Virus record (IMG/VR): IMGVR_UViG_3300007177_000042
Source of the DNA: a virus
Taxonomy: Duplodnaviria > Caudoviricetes
Reading direction: 5' to 3' (one strand)
Length of the DNA stretch: 64,000 nucleotides
Positions within the stretch are counted from its first letter, which is position 1; the number at the start of each line of letters is the position of its first letter. This document shows, piece after piece, positions 55,486 to 64,000 of the stretch. The notes under the pieces were generated by a model. The model was not told where the DNA came from. It did not search any database and was given only the letters and a program-made list of their open reading frames with translations. The translations under genes were made by a program, and so were the position numbers.

Positions 55486-56631
55486 ATGTCAGATTTATTG
55501 AAAGAAGCGCTTGCGGACGCTAAGGCTGTTCGCGCAACTGCTCTCGCTAATGCAAAAGTCGCATTGGAAGAAGCATTTGGCGAACGTATCCAAGCAATGT
55601 TCGCTGAGAGATTGAAGACCGAAACTGCTGAAGATGAATCAGTAGCTCCGTCTGGTATTGGAGCGGGATCAAATAAGAAGCCTGTTGCACAATCACACTC
55701 TGAAGACCCAGGCAAGTCCGCTGGACATGTTTCTGGTACTATCGAGGAAGAAGATCATAAGACCGAAGACCCAGGCAAGTCCGCTGGACATGTTTCTGGT
55801 ACCATCGAAGAAGAAGGAGTCGAGGAAATCACTGATAAGGACTTGGAAGAAATTATCGCTGAACTTGAAAAAGATGGTGGTCTTGAAGAAGAGGGAGAGG
55901 TTGCCCCAGCTGCTCCAGTTGATGCTGCCGTCTCACCTGTTGCTCCAGTTGACGCTGTTGCCGCTCCTGTTGCTCCGGCTGCTCCAGTTGACGCTGCTGC
56001 CGCTCCTGTTGCTCCGGCTGCTCCAGTTGATGCTGCCGTTGCACCTGTTGCTCCAGCTGCTCCAGTTGATGCTGCTGCCGCACCGGTAGATACCACTCCA
56101 GCTGCTCCAGTCGCTGAAGATGGTGTTGAAGAAGTCAATCTTGATGAACTTCTTGCTGAACTTGAAGAGGGTTCTGGCGAAGAAGAGTCAAAAGAAGACG
56201 ATGCTGAACAAACAGATGAAAGTGCTTGGGAGGAACAACTCCGTGAAGTTACCGCTGAGCGTGATGAAGCATACAAGACTGTGGAAATTTTACGCAGCCA
56301 AATCAATGAAGTTAACTTGTTGAATGCTAAATTGCTTTATACCAACAAGCTATTTAAGCAATTCAGCTTGAATAACGAACAGAAGATGAAGGTTGTGGAA
56401 AGCTTTGACCTCACTACGAATGTACGTGAAGTCAAGTTGACATACGCAATTATGGCCGAATCGTTTAATTTGGGTGCATCAGTTGTCAAGAAAAAGAATA
56501 CAACTGCAACTACTATCACCGAAGGTTTGGCAAGTAAACCAGTTGCAAGTACAAAACCAGCTCAAGAAATTGTTGCTGGTGCTAATGAGATGGCAGCAAG
56601 ATTTAAGACACTTGCTGGTATCAAAAAGTAA
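55486..56631 (+). CDS. prohead scaffold/core protein (T4 gp22-like role)
   Basis: Acidic coiled-coil protein directly upstream of MCP; LLNAKLLYTNKLF; many LxE sites. Confidence 0.8.
   Translation: MSDLLKEALADAKAVRATALANAKVALEEAFGERIQAMFAERLKTETAEDESVAPSGIGAGSNKKPVAQSHSEDPGKSAGHVSGTIEEEDHKTEDPGKSAGHVSGTIEEEGVEEITDKDLEEIIAELEKDGGLEEEGEVAPAAPVDAAVSPVAPVDAVAAPVAPAAPVDAAAAPVAPAAPVDAAVAPVAPAAPVDAAAAPVDTTPAAPVAEDGVEEVNLDELLAELEEGSGEEESKEDDAEQTDESAWEEQLREVTAERDEAYKTVEILRSQINEVNLLNAKLLYTNKLFKQFSLNNEQKMKVVESFDLTTNVREVKLTYAIMAESFNLGASVVKKKNTTATTITEGLASKPVASTKPAQEIVAGANEMAARFKTLAGIKK
55702..55816 (+). repeat. two-copy 63-nt-period coding repeat (EDPGKSAGHVSGTIEEE)
   Basis: Near-identical units begin at 55702 and 55765. 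Confidence 0.95.
55907..56112 (+). repeat. tandem Pro/Ala/Val coding repeat (about 39-nt unit PAAPVDAAxAPVA)
   Basis: Recurring GCTCCAGTTGA(C/T)GCTG units. Confidence 0.92.
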
Positions 56632-56673
56632 TCTAATGTCTTAACAACAACAAATTAAACAAGGAAAATAAAC

Positions 56674-58317
56674 ATGAGTGCAGATATTAAGTCACTATTG
56701 ACTACAAACATGAATCCACAGGCAGAGCTTATGGCCAAGACCCGTGGATTGCAATCAAAGTGGGATCAGACTGGTCTTCTTGAAGGTCTTAACGGCGTCG
56801 AGAAGGCAAACATGTCGATCCTCTTGGAAAACCAAGCAAAGCAATTGCTTGACGAAGCTACCTCAACGGGTACTTCGGCTAACAGTGAACAATGGGCAGG
56901 CGTTGCTCTCCCACTTGTTCGCCGTGTATTCGCAGAGATTGCTGCTAAGGAATTCGTCTCGGTTCAACCAATGAATCTCCCAAGCGGTCTTATCTTCTAC
57001 TTAGACTTCAAGTATGGCACCAACAATGGTGTATTCACCAAGGACACCGCTAACAACTACAGTTCGTTGTTCGGTGGTACAGGAACCAAGCTCGGATCGA
57101 CTGACAGCGCTACCGGTGGTCTTTATGGCCCAGGCCGCTTCGGTTATTCGATCAACGATCAAAGTGTTTCGATCATCAGCGCAAGTCGTGCTGCCGTCAC
57201 TAGCTTGAGTGGTGTAAACTTTGATTCTGACTACAGCGCATCTGTTGCTAGTGGAAATGTTTACACATTGACCACGACCAACTTCTACAGTGCTTCAAGC
57301 GCTGCAGGAAATGTGTTCGATGCAAATGGTGTTCGTTCGTTCAAGATCACTGGTACTGGTATTACTACCTACTTCCCAGAATTCACCTCAATTAACGGTT
57401 CTGAAGTAACCTTCGTTGTTTCTGGTTCAAATCCTGCTTCGGCAAGTTTGACCATTAATTACAGTGTCCAACCTAAGGACAGTAACCGTGGTGACTTCGA
57501 AGACAACACCGCAAACGGTGGTGGTACAGACGGTACAGGTGCTCCAAGCATCGGTATTCCAGAAGTCAACCTTGAGTTGAAGAGCGAACCAATCGTCGCT
57601 AAGACTCGTAAGTTGAAGGCAGTCTGGACCCCAGAACTTGCTCAAGACTTGAATGCTTATCACAGCATTGACGCAGAAGCAGAATTGACTGCTCTCTTGA
57701 GTGAATACGTATCGATGGAAATCGACCTCGAAATCCTCGACATGTTGATCACCAACGCTCCAGCTGTCACCACGGCTCGTTGGAGTGCTAAGATCAACCG
57801 TGAAATCAGTGACAGTGGCGTCATCACCGACACTACAGTTGCTGGTACAGGTGGTTACTACACCAAGTCAACATGGTTCCAAACTCTTGGTAACAAGATC
57901 CAAAAGGTCTCTAACAAGATTCACCAATTGACACTTCGTGGTGGTGCTAACTTCCTCGTCTGCTCACCAGACGTTGCAACTATCTTGGAATCTATTCCAG
58001 GCTATGTTGTCAACACCGATGGTGACAGCGCTAAGTTCGCAATGGGTGTAAGCAAGGTCGGTACCTTCGCTTCACGTTTCCAAGTATACAAGAACCCATA
58101 CATGGTAGAAAATACCATCTTGGTTGGTTTCCGTGGAAATAACTTCCTCGAAACAGGTGCTGTATACGCTCCATACATCCCACTCGTACAAACCCCATTG
58201 GTATACGATCCAGTCAACTTCACGCCACGTCGTGGTGTGATGACTCGTTACGCCAAGAAGATTGTACGTCCTGAGTTCTACGGCAAGATTCTTGTCGGCG
58301 ATCTCGACCAAGTATAA
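56674..58317 (+). CDS. gp23: major capsid protein (T4 gp23-like)
   Basis: VQPMNLPSGLIF, KTRKLKAVWTPELAQDLNAYHSIDAEAEL, YAPYIPL, GVMTRY. Confidence 0.97.
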   Translation: MSADIKSLLTTNMNPQAELMAKTRGLQSKWDQTGLLEGLNGVEKANMSILLENQAKQLLDEATSTGTSANSEQWAGVALPLVRRVFAEIAAKEFVSVQPMNLPSGLIFYLDFKYGTNNGVFTKDTANNYSSLFGGTGTKLGSTDSATGGLYGPGRFGYSINDQSVSIISASRAAVTSLSGVNFDSDYSASVASGNVYTLTTTNFYSASSAAGNVFDANGVRSFKITGTGITTYFPEFTSINGSEVTFVVSGSNPASASLTINYSVQPKDSNRGDFEDNTANGGGTDGTGAPSIGIPEVNLELKSEPIVAKTRKLKAVWTPELAQDLNAYHSIDAEAELTALLSEYVSMEIDLEILDMLITNAPAVTTARWSAKINREISDSGVITDTTVAGTGGYYTKSTWFQTLGNKIQKVSNKIHQLTLRGGANFLVCSPDVATILESIPGYVVNTDGDSAKFAMGVSKVGTFASRFQVYKNPYMVENTILVGFRGNNFLETGAVYAPYIPLVQTPLVYDPVNFTPRRGVMTRYAKKIVRPEFYGKILVGDLDQV

Positions 58318-58339
58318 TCTTGGCTAGACGATAAAGTCT

Positions 58340-58376
58340 AAACAAACCCCACTCGAAAGAGTGGGGTTTTTTGTTT
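58340..58376 (+). terminator. intrinsic terminator after the capsid gene
   Basis: AAACAAACCCCACTC-GAAA-GAGTGGGGTTTTTTGTTT. Confidence 0.9.
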
Positions 58377-58456
58377 CAATAGTTATTACACGTTGTGTCA
58401 TCATAAATTAAACGTGAAAATTTTGTTTTATATGAACCCTCATATATTTATACTAC

Positions 58457-59065
58457 ATGATTAAACTATCCGGTATATTAGCTGGACAAAATTACGTTCC
58501 AGAACCAATGAAACTGACTCAAAAAGTTGTAGTTTCATCTGAACTTAAATTTCATTTAGATAAGGGTCTTTCGTTAGCAGAAAACGTTTTTAGAACATAT
58601 TCAGAAAAGTATTTTGAATTGATCAACGAAGTACGTGATTTATACGAAAAAGATTTGATCGAACTAAATGATGATGACCTTGAAATGATCGAGAGTGATT
58701 TGGGTCAAATAGGAGTATATGAAGGCCGTGAAGTATATTTGGATGCTCCTATTGAAGAAGACGAGGATGAATTATTAGAAGTTAAACACCGAGGTAGAAC
58801 TGTACATTTGAATCGTCCATTTAGAACTCCAGGCGGTGCAAAAAAGTTTGCGGTGTATGTTAGAGGTAAGAGTGGCAACATCAAAAAAGTTTCATTCGGC
58901 GATCCTAAAATGAGAATACGTGCTAGTAGTAAAGCTCGTAGAAAAAGTTTTAGAGCACGGCACAAATGTTCACAGAAAAAAGATCGTACTACAGCTGGAT
59001 ATTGGAGTTGTCGTAGTCACCGAATCAAAAGTTTGGGAACCAAGAGCAAAGGAAAGTATTGGTAA
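58457..59065 (+). CDS. hypothetical protein with basic C-terminal domain
   Basis: KKFAVYV...KKVSFGDP...RRKSFRARHKC...AGYWSC motif, recalled from T4-like phages. Confidence 0.8.
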   Translation: MIKLSGILAGQNYVPEPMKLTQKVVVSSELKFHLDKGLSLAENVFRTYSEKYFELINEVRDLYEKDLIELNDDDLEMIESDLGQIGVYEGREVYLDAPIEEDEDELLEVKHRGRTVHLNRPFRTPGGAKKFAVYVRGKSGNIKKVSFGDPKMRIRASSKARRKSFRARHKCSQKKDRTTAGYWSCRSHRIKSLGTKSKGKYW

Positions 59066-59068
59066 GTT

Positions 59069-59584
59069 ATGTTAACAGAAAATCGTCATTTAGAAAAAGG
59101 ATGCCTGATGGCAAGAGTGGATCCAACATATGGTCCACATATCGTTCGTATTGGCAAGACAGCAATTCCACCTGAAATACTATATACAGATCCAAACGAT
59201 CCTACATATGGTTACGATGAAGAACCTCACGTAACACTTAAGTACGGGTTTATTCCCGATTTGCAACGTAAAGATATCGCAACAATATTAAAAGGGGTAA
59301 AACCATTTGATATTATTTTACACTCACTGTCTCAATTTAACAATGAAAAATACGACGTTGTTAAATTTGATGTTGATAAAAACAATCCAACACTAATGGA
59401 ACTCAGAAAACGATGTGATCAATATCCCAATGAAGACAGTTATCCAGATTATCATCCGCACATGACATTAGCATATGTCAAAAAAGGAAGTTTTCCACAC
59501 ATCCGTGAAGGATTGAAAATCAAAGTCCCAATTACCGGATTCAAATATAGTGGTCCACAAGGTGCATTTTACGTAAATTTTTAA
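59069..59584 (+). CDS. 2H phosphoesterase (T4 57B/Acb1-like)
   Basis: Two HxT motifs: PHVTLKYG and PHMTLAY. Confidence 0.8.
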   Translation: MLTENRHLEKGCLMARVDPTYGPHIVRIGKTAIPPEILYTDPNDPTYGYDEEPHVTLKYGFIPDLQRKDIATILKGVKPFDIILHSLSQFNNEKYDVVKFDVDKNNPTLMELRKRCDQYPNEDSYPDYHPHMTLAYVKKGSFPHIREGLKIKVPITGFKYSGPQGAFYVNF

Positions 59585-59588
59585 TATC

Positions 59589-60731
59589 ATGAAACTAACA
59601 GAACTTAAACAACTTATCAAAGAAACCATTAACGAAATTGACTGGTCAGCTCCCGATTTGGGCGACGTAAAAGTGTCACGTTGTATGACCATGGAACAGT
59701 TGGTTGACTTTTTTAACAGCGAACTTAGTAGAGTCGCGGTCGGAGGAAAAGCAGCCAAATCGATGCCTCGTATTTCCAAAGGAAACATCAAACTCAAAAT
59801 TGGTACTAACGAGATCGATATACCCGCGTTCATTAAGCTGTTGACAACCCCACCAAAGACTATTTTTGATGAAGGAGAAAAATCAAAACACAGCAGTGGA
59901 GCAACATTGTTAACTATTAATACAGGAATTCCAGCACTTCGTGGATTTGTGTACGATAAGGATGATTCTGAAAAACCTTTTAAAGTAATCAACACATGTC
60001 CTGCCGCTGGTCAATGTGCTGTAGATTGTTACGCTCTTCAAGGGTTCTATATTATGAATGACGGCAAAAATATTAAACTTGCACAACGTCTTCAGCAAAT
60101 CATGGAAAACCCAAGTGATTACCGAACTCAAGCTTACGCTGAAGCTGAATTGTTCGCGTTCAAGGCAAAGCGTGAAAACATGATTTTGGAAATTCGTTGG
60201 AACGATGCAGGAGATTTTTTCTCTCAACGTTACTTTGACTCTGCCGTGGCCGTGACCAAAAAGTTGTTAGAAAATGGATATAAAGTTCATTCATATTTCT
60301 ATACAAAAATGGCAGGTCGAGTTGAAATCGGAGAATTGTTAGGTTTCACAGTAACATACTCACTCGGTGGAACTACAGATGACACCATGGTTGACGCAAA
60401 GAAGAAATCTGTAATTGTTCCTGCTAGTGTATTTGTAGGATTCTTTAAGAAGAGTAAAGGACGAGGATATATAAAAGATCCAGAAACCGGCAAAACTCAA
60501 TTTTCAGATTTGGTCAATGGACGAGAACAATTAAAGAAAAAGATATATGACACATATCATGCAGATCCAAACTTCAAATTGTTGTCATTAGACTCAATCA
60601 AATATACAGATGAACTTCCTCCACAAGAAGGTGAACCGGGACAGTTTTCAATTATTACTCTTCCGGGTGGAGACAGTGACGTTCCTGCACAAAGAGCCGA
60701 TGTTCGTTATAACTTTTTGCTGAAACATTAA
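59589..60731 (+). CDS. GP88-like Fe-S/radical-SAM-related protein
   Basis: TCPAAGQCAVDCYA Cys cluster, IRWNDAGDFFS, YFYTK. Confidence 0.7.
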   Translation: MKLTELKQLIKETINEIDWSAPDLGDVKVSRCMTMEQLVDFFNSELSRVAVGGKAAKSMPRISKGNIKLKIGTNEIDIPAFIKLLTTPPKTIFDEGEKSKHSSGATLLTINTGIPALRGFVYDKDDSEKPFKVINTCPAAGQCAVDCYALQGFYIMNDGKNIKLAQRLQQIMENPSDYRTQAYAEAELFAFKAKRENMILEIRWNDAGDFFSQRYFDSAVAVTKKLLENGYKVHSYFYTKMAGRVEIGELLGFTVTYSLGGTTDDTMVDAKKKSVIVPASVFVGFFKKSKGRGYIKDPETGKTQFSDLVNGREQLKKKIYDTYHADPNFKLLSLDSIKYTDELPPQEGEPGQFSIITLPGGDSDVPAQRADVRYNFLLKH

Positions 60732-60734
60732 CAT

Positions 60735-61001
60735 ATGTCCTTTCCGTTTAAGGAAACGAAACTGGGTAATAATCAATATATACGTGAATTTGAAGAATCT
60801 GTGGACTCGGAGGAGCTAGAGTGGCACAGAGATCGTGAAGATCGTATAGTTGAAATTATACAGAACGACGGGTGGGAATTTCAATTAGACAACGAACTGC
60901 CTGTTGTAATGACTGGCAGTTTTTTCGTTCCAAAAGAAACCTATCATCGTATCATAAAAGGAAATGGACAACTAATAGTGAAGATAACCAAACTGGTGTA
61001 A
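60735..61001 (+). CDS. small cupin-fold protein
   Basis: LEWHRDREDR...FVPKETYHRIIKG. Confidence 0.7.
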   Translation: MSFPFKETKLGNNQYIREFEESVDSEELEWHRDREDRIVEIIQNDGWEFQLDNELPVVMTGSFFVPKETYHRIIKGNGQLIVKITKLV

Positions 61002-61013
61002 TATTTATAACAA

Positions 61014-62180
61014 ATGAGTGCAATAGATCAAGACAGAATAAGATGGCCAGGCAGCGGAAGCGCTGTTCCGGGTAGAACTCCGTTTGGGTTTTATGATAAT
61101 GATACCGAATTCGTTGCTGATTGCGCGAGTAGTGCCACATGGGCAGCAATTCGATTGGGATATCCGATTGAAGATGTAGAACTTTTGGATATTAACTTTT
61201 ACGCTGCATATGAAGAAGCAGTAAATGAATATGGTTCACAGGTCAATCAATTCAACATTAGAAACAATCTTTTCAATTTGATTGGTACGTCTGCTAATAA
61301 AGACGTTACTGGTAAAGCTGTTACAGGAAGTCCTCTTCCATATGTAATCAATTTGTCAAAAGCATATGGTTCTGAGGCAGGCGTCGGTGGTAATGTTGAT
61401 TGGAAACGAGGTCACGTTGATGTTGTTGCTGGTCAACAAGTTTATGATTTGCAATGTTTGTATGATCAAGCATCTGGATCGGGCAATAGAATTGAAGTAA
61501 AACGAATGTTTCATTATCAATCTCCTGCGTTTGCTCGTATCTACGATCCGTTTAGTATGACCGGTATGTCATATAGCAACGTGTTGAACGAAATGGGTTT
61601 CGCTGGGTATAGTCCTGCTGTTCAATTTTTGATGACGCCGATATTTGAAGATTTGCTTCGTGGTCAAGCTATTGAATTCAATGACATGGTTCGTAAAAGT
61701 GCATATAGTTTTGAATTGGTAAACAACAAATTACGACTATTTCCTATTCCTACTACCAATTACAAAGTTTATTTTGACTATACACTTGATACCGATAAAG
61801 ACGCTGATATTTTTGCTCCGGGTGATAATTACGAAAAAATATCCGACTATAGTAATGTTCCATATAAAAATTTGAAATACAGCACAATCAATGATCCGGG
61901 TCGTCAATGGATACGTAAATACTTTTTGGCGTTGTGCAAAGAAATGCTTGGAGCTATTCGTCAAAAATACAGCACGATTCCAATTCCGGGTGGTGAAGTA
62001 ACTTTGGATGGTGGAGAGTTGAGAAGTGAAGCTACATCAGAAAAAGAAACTCTTATAACACAGTTGCGTGAAATGCTTGAAGCATCTCTTGGTTCTAACC
62101 TTATGGAACAACAAGCAAATAAAGCGGACAAGAGTCAAGAAATACTACGTAAAGTGCCAATGCTTATTTACATAGGATAA
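61014..62180 (+). CDS. neck protein (T4 gp13-like)
   Basis: IRLGYPIEDVEL, WIRKYFLALCKEMLG.IR.KY, VTLDG. Confidence 0.8.
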   Translation: MSAIDQDRIRWPGSGSAVPGRTPFGFYDNDTEFVADCASSATWAAIRLGYPIEDVELLDINFYAAYEEAVNEYGSQVNQFNIRNNLFNLIGTSANKDVTGKAVTGSPLPYVINLSKAYGSEAGVGGNVDWKRGHVDVVAGQQVYDLQCLYDQASGSGNRIEVKRMFHYQSPAFARIYDPFSMTGMSYSNVLNEMGFAGYSPAVQFLMTPIFEDLLRGQAIEFNDMVRKSAYSFELVNNKLRLFPIPTTNYKVYFDYTLDTDKDADIFAPGDNYEKISDYSNVPYKNLKYSTINDPGRQWIRKYFLALCKEMLGAIRQKYSTIPIPGGEVTLDGGELRSEATSEKETLITQLREMLEASLGSNLMEQQANKADKSQEILRKVPMLIYIG

Positions 62181-62182
62181 TT

Positions 62183-62656
62183 ATGGGACTACGAGGACGA
62201 TATTTTAGCGAACGAGACCTTAGATTAATCAATTCTATTAATGCAGAATTGATGGGTGACATCATTGAAACGTTGGTCACTGTATTCAAAATTGCCGCAT
62301 CAGAAACTAAGGTTAATTTGTATGGCGAATCGGCCCCTACCGAGGGTAAAGTATTTTATCCAGGCATTGATTTAAGTGCTTTGATTGATAGAGGTGATAT
62401 AACAGGAGACGATGAAGGATTTGGGCCAGATCGTGATCAGTCGGTCGTTTTTAAATTTAGAGAAAAAATGTGTCTACAAGTTAACTTTTTTCCTCAAATC
62501 GGTGATATTATATTGTTCAATGATCGTTATCACGAAATAGACAACGTGGTTCAAGAACAATTCTTGGGAGGTCAGGACACCAAGAGTCATAGCTTTATTT
62601 GTAATACTCATTATAGCAGATTGACCAAACTAAACATTTTTCAAAGACAGGTATAA
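62183..62656 (+). CDS. neck/head-closure protein (T4 gp14-like)
   Basis: NLYGE, PQIGDIILF; position between gp13- and gp15-like genes. Confidence 0.65.
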   Translation: MGLRGRYFSERDLRLINSINAELMGDIIETLVTVFKIAASETKVNLYGESAPTEGKVFYPGIDLSALIDRGDITGDDEGFGPDRDQSVVFKFREKMCLQVNFFPQIGDIILFNDRYHEIDNVVQEQFLGGQDTKSHSFICNTHYSRLTKLNIFQRQV

Positions 62657-62659
62657 TTT

Positions 62660-63820
62660 ATGGCTTGGAAAGGTAATCCAGAAAATCCAGCACCCAATCA
62701 GCAAAACAATAGTGACGCTGTTGCTGATAAAAAAGAGACCGTCAATAGAGCTACGAAAATTCGTAGAGATACTGACGAATTAAATAATTTTACTGTCACA
62801 CTGTTGGACATCGATACTGCTATTTTTGAGTATATCGATAAACAAATCAATTTGACGGTAGAAGATAATGGTGAAAATGTAAAAGTTCCAATTTTATATG
62901 GAAGTCCGGAACGCTGGAAAGCTATTCAAGCCGATGGTGCTATTCGTGACAATAATGGTAAATTGCAATTGCCAGCAATAATGTTTAAACGCAACAGTGT
63001 TGCAAAAAATCCAGCATTAGCTACATTAAACCGTCATTTGAATGTACCAGTTCTCCAAAAATTCAGTGAAAAGAACAAATATGATAAATTTTCGCTGATG
63101 ACAAAAACAAGTGCACCCGTTGCGCAAGTTCTAAATGTTACTTTGCCCGATCATGTAACATTAACATATGAATTCATGTTGTGGACCGAATATGTAGAAC
63201 AGATGAACGTGTTGATTGAAAAAATCAACTGGGCTTCAGAAGAATATTGGGGAGATCCAAAAAAGTTTAAATTTCGTGTTTATATAGAAGATTATAGCAA
63301 CAATACCGAAGTATCATCCGGTAAAGATAGAATGGTAAGAACAACTTTCACTATGAAAGTTCAAGCATATTTGCTTGCTGACTCATTTGAAAACAAAAAA
63401 CTTACTACTACCAAAACTCTTACCCCACGAAAAATAATTATCGGACAAGAATATGTTGATGGAATACAGATGTCTTCAATTAAAAAAGACATCAACGATA
63501 TTTCCAATAAAAAACCATTTCCATATTCCCAATATGATAATGTTATCAAACCAGACAATTTTGATTATACCCCTCCGAAAATTTCATCAACCGAACCAAC
63601 ATCAACAAGTAAAACACCAACGATATCTGGTAACATCGTCTCAATTCGCAATTCATACAAATCACTTGCATCAGCTAATAATCAAATGTGGCACAATCCT
63701 CCCGCTAATGAATCTTCATATGGAGAAGAAGGTTGGATGGCATATGATGAAAACTATCACTATATTTATGTAAACGGAAAATGGTTAAGACAGCCACTTA
63801 ATAATTTTCAATCTTTCTAA
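62660..63820 (+). CDS. tail completion/sheath terminator (T4 gp15-like)
   Basis: VKVPILYGSPERW, LQLPAI, QMNVLIEKI. Confidence 0.7.
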   Translation: MAWKGNPENPAPNQQNNSDAVADKKETVNRATKIRRDTDELNNFTVTLLDIDTAIFEYIDKQINLTVEDNGENVKVPILYGSPERWKAIQADGAIRDNNGKLQLPAIMFKRNSVAKNPALATLNRHLNVPVLQKFSEKNKYDKFSLMTKTSAPVAQVLNVTLPDHVTLTYEFMLWTEYVEQMNVLIEKINWASEEYWGDPKKFKFRVYIEDYSNNTEVSSGKDRMVRTTFTMKVQAYLLADSFENKKLTTTKTLTPRKIIIGQEYVDGIQMSSIKKDINDISNKKPFPYSQYDNVIKPDNFDYTPPKISSTEPTSTSKTPTISGNIVSIRNSYKSLASANNQMWHNPPANESSYGEEGWMAYDENYHYIYVNGKWLRQPLNNFQSF

Positions 63821-63823
63821 TAT

Positions 63824-64000
63824 ATGTCACATTTAGACCCATATTCAATTCCATTTACACAACGGAATGCAACCGGTACAAAGTTTATTCAAGTTGACAT
63901 TCGTGGAAAAAATCTGTCTATACAAACAGATAATGTTGGAAACTTAGTGGGAGTTCCAATCGGTTCATCCGGTGTGAGCGGATCAAGCGGATCTAGTGGT
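63824..64000 (+). CDS. 5' fragment of a GSS-repeat (collagen-like) fibre protein, truncated by the window edge
   Basis: MSHLDPYSIPF...GSSGVSGSSGSSG, open at 64000. Confidence 0.6.
   Translation, partial: MSHLDPYSIPFTQRNATGTKFIQVDIRGKNLSIQTDNVGNLVGVPIGSSGVSGSSGSSG

Noticed and set aside
55702-56112. Direct repeats as a CRISPR array
   Set aside because: In-frame coding repeats without unique spacers; no cas genes in the window
55658-56306. Alternative-frame and antisense ORFs (55658+, 55755-, 55853-) with striking repeat peptides
   Set aside because: Shadows of the scaffold Pro/Ala/Val repeat, which lacks stop codons in other frames
45894-58317. Inteins, introns or homing endonucleases in terminase, portal or capsid genes
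   Set aside because: Lengths and motif spacing are continuous; no intein splice motifs or HNH, GIY-YIG or LAGLIDADG ORFs seen
8650-63773. Numerous 60-175-aa antisense or off-frame ORFs inside long genes (e.g. 8650-, 14059-, 37657-, 51772-, 59468-, 63453+)
   Set aside because: Nested in well-supported genes, no motifs or RBS; expected by chance

Overview
A 64-kb segment of a very large, AT-rich, T4-like tailed phage genome in standard genetic code, almost entirely on the + strand. About 1.0-7.1 kb is an RNA island: 20 tRNAs (Val, Pro x3, Leu x4, Ala x2, Ser x5, Gly x2, Gln x3), an RNase P RNA, a tmRNA, two expanded tRNA-like RNAs that keep an acceptor stem and CCA, and about eight further structured elements I cannot assign to a known family. 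The island is flanked by accessory genes (GDP-fucose synthase, FeoA, PhoH, HD hydrolase, glycosyltransferases, Hsp20). Next come a sigma-like factor, a baseplate/tail module (hub/spike, gp25, gp6-like, large wedge, PKD-LRR and beta-propeller-like proteins), a RuvC-like resolvase, primase, a fused Mre11-Rad50 gene, methyltransferases, and the head module (terminase, portal, protease, scaffold, major capsid), ending in neck/tail-completion genes. The strongest leads are: the orphan ncRNAs and non-canonical tRNAs of the island, a riboswitch-like feoA leader, and a shared N-terminal KLxxL-[LI]xE motif suggesting that enzymes such as an Acb1-like 2H phosphoesterase are packaged in the head. All protein calls come from recalled motifs and all RNA folds from pairing by eye; no search or folding program was run.
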